This document shows, piece after piece, positions 1-8,665 of a stretch of DNA of 64,000 bases. The position numbers and the translations under genes were made by a program. The stretch is from Candidatus Heimdallarchaeota archaeon (GTDB taxonomy: Archaea > Asgardarchaeota > Heimdallarchaeia > Heimdallarchaeales > Heimdallarchaeaceae), in assembly GCA_016840095.1 (NCBI GenBank), contig JAEOSZ010000024.1, forward strand, positions 44,958 to 108,957. Reading direction: 5' to 3'. The notes below the pieces were generated by a model that worked only from the letters and a program-made list of their open reading frames with translations, was not told where the DNA came from and ran no database searches. The stretch's first letter is position 1. The number at the start of each line of letters is the position of its first letter.

Positions 1-1545
1 AAAGAAATTCTGGAAGTCTCTCAGGAGCTTGATGAGATAGTTAAGAAAGAGAGACAAATGATGAAAGCTTACCCTATGAGACGAGCTTTTGGAGAAGTCA
101 TCAATGTAGCTATTGGTACTCCATTGATTATTATAGCTATCCCAACAATAATTGTAAGAATATTCAAAATAGGATATGCAGTCTTCTTTTTCTCTTTCCC
201 CCATTTATCAACACTAGGACCTTTGGGTGCCCCCAATTTATTCAAAAATCTTGATCTAATTTATATTTTCGAACATTGGTTTAATCTCAAACCTATATGG
301 ACAATAACTCTCTTTGGTACTGGTCTTCTTGTTGTTTCTTGGATAGCAACAATTTTTGGTCCAATTTATGCATTATTTCATCAGTGTAGTCTATATCTTA
401 TGAGATGGGGAGCTTATAGATGGGCAAACATATACAGAAGTCTTGAAAACTTCTTTTCTCTGCCATATCATGCAGCTAAATCTTCTTTTAGCTTTTTTGA
501 TGCACCACCTGTTTCTACGGAAACAATGGTTGACTTTAGATTAGAAATCACGGAGGAAGTAACCGCTATGAAAGAGAAAGTTCAACAACTGCTTACTCTT
601 GATTCAAGAAAAGTTCCAGATAGATCTAAAGGGAATCTTGAAAGTTTGTTAAACGAAGCGGAACTCTCACTAAACGAATTAGATATATCCAAAATTACTA
701 GCCAAACTGGAAGAATCTTTGCTCTATTAATTTGGGATAATGAATCCTCTGCTATACCTTGGATCAGACAAGAAGCAAAAATTAGATTTGCCAAGAAAAA
801 TGATATGAGCAGAAAAGAAGTTAATAAAGCTTTCAAAGTTATTCTCAAAAAAATAGATGAAGGATATATTAGTGAAGATCTCTTCTCCTCAGTTCTTATA
901 ACTGGAGCCCTCAAAGGAGTAGCTAAGCAACAGACAAAATATGAGCAGATCATGCCAGATGTAGAATATCACAAACTTGCTATCTCTTTAGCTCTTGGTG
1001 CTCAACAATACATCAAAGATGAATTTACAGGTATTCCATGGTATATTAAATATGGTAAAAAACTAGCTGTGTTGATTGTTGCACCTTTAATGCCTTTTGT
1101 GATGTTGTTTTACATCTTCTACAGATATATTAGACATATTCTAGTTTCATTCTTCACAACTATTCTATCAATAGGTACAAGAAAAACTATTAGATTTTTC
1201 TCACACAGATTTAAAGAAATATCTGAAACTCTTACTACAACTTATGATTCTGTTAGACAAAGGGGGAGATCCTTTAGTTTCAAGGAAGATCTTAACATTG
1301 ATTTTGTTTCAATTTTCAAGACTGGTTTAATCTTTCTCATCAAACTTATTCCAATGATAATATGGTTATTCTTTAAGGGAATCTATAATTTCATAAGTCC
1401 AATCTGGACAAGAAGAAGTTTAGAAGAAAAACAACAAAGATCCTTTGAAAGAGATTTAACTACAGAATCTCTAATTGCAATGTACGAAGAAATATATGAC
1501 AAATTATTGATAACAGATTTACTTCTAACTCGTGAAACTGTTTGA
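1..1545 (+). CDS. Multi-pass membrane protein of unknown function, 5'-truncated by the window edge; paralog of 1602..3338
   Basis: Frame is open from base 1 (KEILEVSQELDEIVKKERQMMKAYPMRR), aligning with KEISEVANELDELSLRENKVMKNYPLRR inside the next gene, so the true start is upstream of the window. Shared motifs GAYRWA, AAKSSFSFFDAPP, ITGALKG, LAISLALG, LTTESL. Confidence 0.85.
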   Translation, partial: KEILEVSQELDEIVKKERQMMKAYPMRRAFGEVINVAIGTPLIIIAIPTIIVRIFKIGYAVFFFSFPHLSTLGPLGAPNLFKNLDLIYIFEHWFNLKPIWTITLFGTGLLVVSWIATIFGPIYALFHQCSLYLMRWGAYRWANIYRSLENFFSLPYHAAKSSFSFFDAPPVSTETMVDFRLEITEEVTAMKEKVQQLLTLDSRKVPDRSKGNLESLLNEAELSLNELDISKITSQTGRIFALLIWDNESSAIPWIRQEAKIRFAKKNDMSRKEVNKAFKVILKKIDEGYISEDLFSSVLITGALKGVAKQQTKYEQIMPDVEYHKLAISLALGAQQYIKDEFTGIPWYIKYGKKLAVLIVAPLMPFVMLFYIFYRYIRHILVSFFTTILSIGTRKTIRFFSHRFKEISETLTTTYDSVRQRGRSFSFKEDLNIDFVSIFKTGLIFLIKLIPMIIWLFFKGIYNFISPIWTRRSLEEKQQRSFERDLTTESLIAMYEEIYDKLLITDLLLTRETV

Positions 1546-1601
1546 TTTTCCCTTTTGATAGTTACGCAACTTTAAAATTTACCTTTGATATTGTTTATGT
1601 A

Positions 1602-3338
1602 ATGGCTTTTTCAGAGAGTGAGAACAAGTCTAAGAAAGTAGATGAAGAAGTGGATGAAGAAACCACAGAAGAAACTCCTGAATCCAAAGAAAAGGATAAA
1701 AACGAGAAATCTAAGGATAGGAAAATATCATTCACTATTTTATCAATTCTAATCACCATAATTTCAGTAAGTGCAAAATTTGCATTGGTAATTTTTGATA
1801 TCTTTATCCCAAAAGCTTTGCGTGAATATGTTCCGTTCTTTAATATGATTAGAAAAATAACTCTTCCAGTCTCTGAAATAATGGCAGGAAAGAAATCAAA
1901 AGAAATTTCTGAAGTTGCAAATGAGTTAGACGAACTATCTCTGAGAGAGAACAAAGTCATGAAAAACTATCCATTAAGAAGAACAATTGGTCAAGCAATG
2001 AGTATGGGAATTTCACCCATAATCTTGGTATTAATTCCAACAATAATTTGGGGGGAGGGAATTGTGAACATGGTTAAAGCACAATGGCCAGCTTTGCCAA
2101 CAGCTATCATAATTATTGGAATGGGAACTATAATGTTACTTATATCATGGCTAGTAACTTTATTTGGTCCTCTCTATGTAGTATTTCATAATTCTAGTAA
2201 ATATTTACTTAAGATGGGAGCTTATAGATGGGCTTCTATCTATCAAGACTTAGAAAATTTCTTTGCTATACCCTATTATGCTGCAAAGTCATCATTTTCG
2301 TTCTTTGACGCACCTCCAATTTCTAGTGAAACTCTAGAGGAATTCAAGCTGGATATAAAGGAGGAAATAGATACTGTAAAAGAGAAAGTTGAAGGCTTAT
2401 TAGCTTTGGATACTAAAAATGTCCCAGAAAGATCAAAACAGGAACTAGAAAAACTTCTCAAGAAAATCGATATACCTATAACAGAATTTGATTTAGCTAA
2501 AGTTAAGGATTCTACTTCTAGAACATTTGCACTATTAATCTGGAGTAAGGAACAGTCTATTCTTCCTTGGAGAAGAAAAGAAGCTTTAGAACGATTTGCT
2601 GTAAGAAATCAGTTGACTCCAGAAAAAGCTGAAGAAGCATTCTATACCTTAAATAGAAAAAGGAAAGAAGAAGGAATAGAAGAAGAAACAATCAAGTCAA
2701 TTTTAATTACAGGTGCTTTGAAAGGAATTGAAAAACAAGAGGAGAAATACAAACAAATCATTACTGATATAGAAATTAACAAGCTAGCAATATCACTTGC
2801 TTTGGGTACAGAACAGTATTTGGAAGACATTTATCGTACTTTACCAAAATTCGTTGTTGTTTTGAAAGCAATTGGAGTTTCAATACTAGCCATTTTGATG
2901 CCATTTCTATTAATTGTACTAGCAATCTTACTATATATAAAACACATAATATTTACTTTAGTCAAAACTATTTTCTCAAGAGGTACCATACAAATACACA
3001 AGTATATTGGTAAGAGATTTTCAGAAATCAAAGGTAATCTGATCGAAACTTATCAATCAGTTAAGAAGAAAGGTAAAGAATTCAGTTTCAAAGAAGATTT
3101 GAATTTCAATTTCAAAAATTCTTTCATAATTTTTAGTAAATTTTTCCTTAAATTCTTATTAGCATTGATCAAATTAGTAACTTTATGGCCATTCTGGAAA
3201 GCTCTCTATATCCGAATTGTCAAACTTATTCAAAGAAGAAGACCTGAGAATAAAATGAGAAAAATGTTTGAAAAAGAACTTACAACAGAATCTCTAGTTT
3301 TTATGTATCAGGAGATTTATGAGAAGTTTATTGTTTAA
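1602..3338 (+). CDS. Multi-pass membrane protein of unknown function, tandem paralog of the upstream gene
   Basis: ORF 1542..3338. ATG 1602 (MAFSESEN) preferred because TTTAAAA at 1571-1577 lies about 25-30 bp upstream. Charged N-terminus and several hydrophobic segments. Confidence 0.85.
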   Translation: MAFSESENKSKKVDEEVDEETTEETPESKEKDKNEKSKDRKISFTILSILITIISVSAKFALVIFDIFIPKALREYVPFFNMIRKITLPVSEIMAGKKSKEISEVANELDELSLRENKVMKNYPLRRTIGQAMSMGISPIILVLIPTIIWGEGIVNMVKAQWPALPTAIIIIGMGTIMLLISWLVTLFGPLYVVFHNSSKYLLKMGAYRWASIYQDLENFFAIPYYAAKSSFSFFDAPPISSETLEEFKLDIKEEIDTVKEKVEGLLALDTKNVPERSKQELEKLLKKIDIPITEFDLAKVKDSTSRTFALLIWSKEQSILPWRRKEALERFAVRNQLTPEKAEEAFYTLNRKRKEEGIEEETIKSILITGALKGIEKQEEKYKQIITDIEINKLAISLALGTEQYLEDIYRTLPKFVVVLKAIGVSILAILMPFLLIVLAILLYIKHIIFTLVKTIFSRGTIQIHKYIGKRFSEIKGNLIETYQSVKKKGKEFSFKEDLNFNFKNSFIIFSKFFLKFLLALIKLVTLWPFWKALYIRIVKLIQRRRPENKMRKMFEKELTTESLVFMYQEIYEKFIV

Positions 3339-3443
3339 TAGAAAATAAGACACATACTCACTTCTGGGTAGCAAAACTTAAAAACGTGACACAATCTAAT
3401 TTTCTTGCTCCTAAGAACATAGATTCAATAGAGAGGTAGAATT

Positions 3444-4508
3444 ATGACAAAAACTGATGAACCAGCTCTTAAAAAATTTGGACCTGCTTTGGTTTCTCTA
3501 GCTAACGCAGCACGAGCCTTCGATGCACCTGTGAGATATCCAGTTTTATTTAGTGCACCATTTCTAGGAAGTGGTGGATTCAAAGGAACAATGGCTTTTC
3601 CAAGAATGTCTTCATTTGTTACTTTGATTGAACATTTCTTTGGTTTAATCATCCTCTTTCCAATACTATTATTTGCAAGGGGATTTAGTAAACTGAAAGA
3701 AGCTATGAAAAGTTTTACTAAACTTGAATGGTTTGCAGTTATCTTCATCTCAGTAGGAGGGTCTGCTCTAGGATTATTTTTCTTCCTGGTCTCCTTCGCA
3801 TTAGGTAATCCAACTATTGCTATTCTTTTGCAAAAAGCTCAACCTCTAATTACATTTATTTTTGCTTTTTTTATTCTGAAGGAGAGACCTACTAAATGGT
3901 TTTGGGGTGCTTTAGCTCTATCATTAATTGGAATTGGGCTTATAGTTACACCTGATATTATCGCAAGCTCACAGACATTCGATTATTCAGGATTAGTTGC
4001 AATATTATGTTCATTAATTGCAGCAACTTTGTGGGGAGGTTCTACAGTATTTGGAAGAATATTAACTAAAAAAGTCGATTACTGGGATCTTACTTTACTA
4101 CGATATGTTGGAGGTTTTCTTTTCTTACTAATTTTCAACATTATTCTCTTTACTTATACTAAAGATTATTATGGGATGCTTGGTCAATCAGTTAGCGTAT
4201 TTGGGCCATTTAACTGGAACTGGCCAATAATTGTATGTATTTTATTCTCAACAATTTTTACAGGAGGTATTCTACCTCTTGCTCTATATTATTTTGGTCT
4301 AAAAAGATCTAAAGCTTCAGTAGCAGGTTTAGCAGAATTAGCTTTTCCTCTACTAGCAATTGTTGTGAATTATTACTTCTTAGGATTCGGACTTGATTGG
4401 TTTCAAGGAGCTGGAGCAATAATACTTCTCATAACGATTTCAGCATTATCATTTATTAATGCTAAAGAAATGGAGAAAAAACCAAATAATCTGAAAGAAA
4501 CAAAGTAA
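3444..4508 (+). CDS. DMT/EamA family transporter
   Basis: About 10 hydrophobic helices in two EamA-like halves (ILLQKAQPLITFIFAFFILKERP; ALYYFGLKRSKASVAGLAELAFP); GAGGT ribosome-binding site upstream. Confidence 0.9.
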   Translation: MTKTDEPALKKFGPALVSLANAARAFDAPVRYPVLFSAPFLGSGGFKGTMAFPRMSSFVTLIEHFFGLIILFPILLFARGFSKLKEAMKSFTKLEWFAVIFISVGGSALGLFFFLVSFALGNPTIAILLQKAQPLITFIFAFFILKERPTKWFWGALALSLIGIGLIVTPDIIASSQTFDYSGLVAILCSLIAATLWGGSTVFGRILTKKVDYWDLTLLRYVGGFLFLLIFNIILFTYTKDYYGMLGQSVSVFGPFNWNWPIIVCILFSTIFTGGILPLALYYFGLKRSKASVAGLAELAFPLLAIVVNYYFLGFGLDWFQGAGAIILLITISALSFINAKEMEKKPNNLKETK

Positions 4509-4510
4509 AG

Positions 4511-5074
4511 TTACCAATCGATTCCAAAGGTTATTTCCAGAATATTAGGTCCCAGAACTTTACCTTGATTGAAGTTAAGCAGAGTAATTCTATTCTTAAG
4601 ATAAGAGCGAACATCATTTAACAAAATTTCATAACTGGTACTATCTATTTCTTTTTCAAGATGAAGAGTTACTCCAAACATTTTCATTGCACTGTCATAT
4701 TCGATATCGACTTCTGTAAAAGTGTGTTTGAAAAATTTAGATGAAAACATTTCTTGAATTTCTGTATATCTTTCAGTCAAGAACCATTCTGGTACAAGTT
4801 CAGCTTCTTCTTCAGTAACTTCTTTGTATGCTTCCTTCTTCTTATCGTGGTAATCACCTAAAAGCTTGAAGATTAGTTCATTAACTCTTAAGAGAAGATA
4901 ATCATTTAAACTATCACCTGGAAGAATTCTCCTCTTAACATGTTCATAGTAATCACTAAACATCTCATCACTATAATGAATCATTTTAGATTCAAACCAT
5001 TTTCCCACTATATCTAATACATTGCTTATATCGAATTCAAATATAATCTTGTTTGTTTTTTCTTCTTCAGTCAT
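4511..5074 (-). CDS. Hypothetical acidic protein
   Basis: Long ORF filling the gap; ATG 5074 (MTEEEK) has GGGAG upstream. No recognisable motif. Confidence 0.7.
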   Translation of the reverse strand: MTEEEKTNKIIFEFDISNVLDIVGKWFESKMIHYSDEMFSDYYEHVKRRILPGDSLNDYLLLRVNELIFKLLGDYHDKKKEAYKEVTEEEAELVPEWFLTERYTEIQEMFSSKFFKHTFTEVDIEYDSAMKMFGVTLHLEKEIDSTSYEILLNDVRSYLKNRITLLNFNQGKVLGPNILEITFGIDW

Positions 5075-5212
5075 CTGAAGCACTCCCAAGTGAATATTAT
5101 AGTATATATGTAACTTCTTGCTTATATATTATTCTGATATTCCAAAAAGATTCAAAGACAGGTCGAAAAAAATAAAGAAAAGGAAGATATAGTTAAAGTA
5201 AATTCTCTTTCA

Positions 5213-5362
5213 CTAGTATCTTTTTCTATGTTTTTGATGACATTCCCTGCAATAAACTGGTCTTTCTCCATCAGGTTTGAATGGTACTTCTGCTTCTTGT
5301 CCACAGTCAGAACAGTTGATTTTGTGCATCTCTCTGGGTTCATCATTACGTCTATATCCCAT
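5213..5362 (-). CDS. CxxC-x17-CxxC zinc-ribbon protein, 49 aa (missing from ORF track)
   Basis: Read manually: MGYRRNDEPREMHKINCSDCGQEAEVPFKPDGERPVYCRECHQKHRKRY*. It has the family signature CSDCG..AEVPFKP..RPVYCREC and a GGTGA ribosome-binding site at 5368-5372. Confidence 0.9.
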   Translation of the reverse strand: MGYRRNDEPREMHKINCSDCGQEAEVPFKPDGERPVYCRECHQKHRKRY

Positions 5363-5514
5363 TTAATTCACCTATGTTTTGCATTATAATACCTCAGACC
5401 AAAGAAAGAAGAAGAAACTAATTTACTTATACTACTACTCAATTTAGAAACTCACTATTATATGCTTTGCTTTGGTTAATTGATTGGTATTAAAACTTAT
5501 TCATGAATAGAATT

Positions 5515-6738
5515 TTACAACTCATAATCGAATATTACTTTTATTGCTTGATTTTTCCGTTTATTAAAGGCTAAACTTATAGCACTTTTATAATCTGATA
5601 GAGGGAATCTATGAGTAATAATTTCAGAAATAGTAGAAGGAATTTTCTTAGTTTTTAGCAAATCAATTACAATCTCAAAAGTTGATTTTTTCTCTCCATT
5701 CCAATCTTCAATTCCATGAATAAGTGATCCTAGTAAATCAACTTCCTGATACCATACAGGGGAGAAATCAAATTTACCTTGCTTAAGATCAATTCCTAAA
5801 ACCATAACCTTTCCTTTACCTTTTGCCCATCTTAAAGAATTGTGTATAGTTGATGGATTTCCTACACAGTCAAAAATCAGATCAAATCCTCCAATGTAGG
5901 TTCTATTACCAAAGTATCCTTTGTACTGGACAGCTCTAGTTTTGTTTATTAGAAAATCATCTATTTCCTTGATTCCTAAAGTTTCATTTGCTCCAAGTTT
6001 TTTAGCAATTTCAGCTTGAAAACCATATTTAGCCATAACAACTATGTTAGCGTTTGGTTGGATAGCTTTTAAACTTGCCAAAGTACATAATCCGATAGTT
6101 CCTGCACCGATTATGAGAATGTTAGTATCAACAACAGGTTTAGCTCTAAGCACACCTCTCAGAGAACAAGATAAAGGTTCAATCAAGATCGCTTGATCAT
6201 TAGTAATTTCTTCAGGTAGAACCACAAGCTGATTTTCATGATATTTGAAAGCTGTACTCCATCCTCCAGCTGCATCATATTCTGTGAATTCTGCAAATTG
6301 ACCTGCTTTCTCACATAACCAAAAATCACCTTCTTCACATCTGGGACAGATTTCTTCTTCCTGATGCAAAATACAACATGGACCTTTCTGTACAACTGTT
6401 CTATCCCCTTTCTTCAATTTTGACACACTTTCTCCTAATTCTACAATTTCTCCTACACATTCATGTCCCATGTGTCTTGGGGATGGAGAAGGAACTATAG
6501 TTGGTGCTACATCTAAATCAAAATCTAGATCAATAAGATGTAAATCTGACCCACAAATACCACCTCTAAGTGTCTTTGTTAGAACCTCATTAGATTTCTC
6601 TATTTCAAAGGTGTGGTTCTTCTTATGGACAATAGGTCCAACTTTGGAGAAAATGACTTTGCTCCAAAATGGTTTCAAAGCTTTTGATAAAAGAACTTTA
6701 GGAATTGATGGATCAAAATAAACAACTTCAGCATCCAT
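5515..6738 (-). CDS. Zinc-dependent alcohol dehydrogenase (MDR family)
   Basis: GICGSD and GHE catalytic zinc motifs, structural-zinc Cys cluster, GAGTIG Rossmann motif. Confidence 0.9.
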   Translation of the reverse strand: MDAEVVYFDPSIPKVLLSKALKPFWSKVIFSKVGPIVHKKNHTFEIEKSNEVLTKTLRGGICGSDLHLIDLDFDLDVAPTIVPSPSPRHMGHECVGEIVELGESVSKLKKGDRTVVQKGPCCILHQEEEICPRCEEGDFWLCEKAGQFAEFTEYDAAGGWSTAFKYHENQLVVLPEEITNDQAILIEPLSCSLRGVLRAKPVVDTNILIIGAGTIGLCTLASLKAIQPNANIVVMAKYGFQAEIAKKLGANETLGIKEIDDFLINKTRAVQYKGYFGNRTYIGGFDLIFDCVGNPSTIHNSLRWAKGKGKVMVLGIDLKQGKFDFSPVWYQEVDLLGSLIHGIEDWNGEKKSTFEIVIDLLKTKKIPSTISEIITHRFPLSDYKSAISLAFNKRKNQAIKVIFDYEL

Positions 6739-6770
6739 ACAAGAATGTAGAATAACTTGTTTTTATAGAT

Positions 6771-7622
6771 TTAGGGTTTCTCTATATCATAGAATATTTC
6801 TTTGTTTTTCTTCAGATATCCATGTCTCCATAATCTTTCTAATATATCTACTAAATCGTGGTAGAATTTTTCAAGATTTCCAGGTATCGAAAGTTGTATT
6901 GGGATCCCATGAGCTTTTGCATAATAGTTAAAATACTGAAAATCAAAAAATGGAAGTTCTGTTCTAGAAAATTCCCAGTCTAGAAGTTTGACATCACCAT
7001 CATTAATAATGAAATTTGGAGGTATCAAATCTCCATGAACATGAGTAATGTATTTAGAATGATCATCTAGTATTTCAGATTGTCTTATTGTTAATTTCCT
7101 TAGTTTGTCTATCAGTTTCTTCGGATATTCATCTGTTGAAGAGGAAACCAACTCAAGTATTGATGAATAGTATTTGAGTACATCATCTTTCAAAGACTTT
7201 GACTCTTTTCTTGTTTTCTTGTGAACTTTCTTAATTAGCTCAGTTATGAGAGCTGGATTCAGATTATTATAATCTACTAAGTGGAGCTCTACTCCTACTA
7301 AGTATTCATAAACAATGATACCTGATTTACTTGACCAGATCAGTTGAGGTGCTATATCTCCTCCGAATAGTTCGAGTGAATGTTTTTCTCTTTCAAATCT
7401 TAATTCAGATTTATAGATTTCATTTTTTGAGAATATTTTGCAAACAGCTAATGGATTATTCTTCTTTCCAGAAATTAGATACTTTTGATTAGTATAGCCT
7501 TTCTCAATAGGTTGCCAACTAAACTCTTGATAATCTTTAAAAGATTCAATTATAGCTATTTCTATTTTAGTTTTTAACTCCTCAGAAATCAGATTAGAAC
7601 GACCTCCGATGAAGAAACACAA
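6771..7622 (-). CDS. Aminoglycoside phosphotransferase/choline kinase fold enzyme; candidate thiamine kinase
   Basis: KGYTN loop, HGDLIPPNF Brenner motif, LLDWEFS. It overlaps the thiQ stop; the probable start is CTG at 7592 behind GGAGGT. Substrate is inferred from context only. Confidence 0.75.
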   Translation of the reverse strand: MCFFIGGRSNLISEELKTKIEIAIIESFKDYQEFSWQPIEKGYTNQKYLISGKKNNPLAVCKIFSKNEIYKSELRFEREKHSLELFGGDIAPQLIWSSKSGIIVYEYLVGVELHLVDYNNLNPALITELIKKVHKKTRKESKSLKDDVLKYYSSILELVSSSTDEYPKKLIDKLRKLTIRQSEILDDHSKYITHVHGDLIPPNFIINDGDVKLLDWEFSRTELPFFDFQYFNYYAKAHGIPIQLSIPGNLEKFYHDLVDILERLWRHGYLKKNKEIFYDIEKP

Positions 7623-8665
7623 ATCTTCAATATTTTATTGGAAGCAGTGTCAATATTAAATGTTGCTTTCTTACAATCAGCCTTAATATATTCGTGATTA
7701 GTGTCTTCCAAATCTATAACAAGACGATAATATTCTTCATCTTTCTCGATGATTGATTTTACTCTCCCATGAAGTTCTAGATTATCTTCAAGTGCACAGT
7801 CATTTTGTGTTATTTTGATTGAGGTAGGTGGAACTCTAATACCTGTTATTTTTCTATCAATTTTAAAAGGTAAATTAAAGGTACCTATAGAGGTTGATAG
7901 TTTAGTTCCTTCATCTTTAGAATTAATGTAATCTACCGACCAGATATTTGGAGTGCCCATGATTTTTGCTATTAGGTAATTTTTAGGAATTTTGTCAACT
8001 TCTATTACACTACCAATTTGTTGGATTTTGCCATCGTACATTACAGCTACTCTGTCACTGATTAGTCTGCTTTCCTCTTGGTTGTGTGTAACATAAAGAG
8101 TAGTAATTTCTGTTTCCTTTTGAATTCGTCTTATTGTTAAAGCTAAAGATTCCCTACTAGAAGCATCGATGCTTGAAAGAGGTTCATCGAGCAGTAGTAG
8201 ATTGGGTTTTATAGCTAGTGCTCGAGCTAGCGCTACTCGCTGTTTTTGCCCCCCACTGATTTCACTTGGTAATCGTTCTAATAATTCCTGAATTTGAGTA
8301 ATTTCAGAAATCCACTTTATTCTCTCTTCAACTTCTTCTTTAGGTAATTTATGAGCTTCTAATCCAAAAGCAATATTCCGTTTTATGTTCATGTGTGGAA
8401 ATAGCACTTGAGCTTGAGGAACATACCCAACTTTCCTTCTTTGAGGTTTAAAGTCAGTTATATCTTCCTGATCAAATAGAATTTCTCCCTCTTCAGGTTG
8501 TATGATTCCAGCTATTATCTTCAGAAGACTTGTCTTTCCACATCCACTCTCTCCAAGAAGAACTAATAATTCACCATCAAGGATTTCCAAATCAAAATTG
8601 TCTATTATCAGTTTTTTTTCATATTTCATTGATAAACTCTTTATGTTAACATTAACCATTTTCAC
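7589..8665 (-). CDS. thiQ: ABC transporter ATP-binding subunit (thiamine, ThiQ-equivalent)
   Basis: Walker A GESGCGKT, signature ISGGQKQR, Walker B LLLLDEP, H-loop VTHN; coupled to thiP. Confidence 0.8.
   Translation of the reverse strand: MKMVNVNIKSLSMKYEKKLIIDNFDLEILDGELLVLLGESGCGKTSLLKIIAGIIQPEEGEILFDQEDITDFKPQRRKVGYVPQAQVLFPHMNIKRNIAFGLEAHKLPKEEVEERIKWISEITQIQELLERLPSEISGGQKQRVALARALAIKPNLLLLDEPLSSIDASSRESLALTIRRIQKETEITTLYVTHNQEESRLISDRVAVMYDGKIQQIGSVIEVDKIPKNYLIAKIMGTPNIWSVDYINSKDEGTKLSTSIGTFNLPFKIDRKITGIRVPPTSIKITQNDCALEDNLELHGRVKSIIEKDEEYYRLVIDLEDTNHEYIKADCKKATFNIDTASNKILKICVSSSEVVLI

Noticed and set aside
5152-5346. 64-aa ORF from the track
   Set aside because: Wrong frame; the overlapping frame 5213..5362 encodes a recognisable zinc-ribbon protein with a ribosome-binding site.
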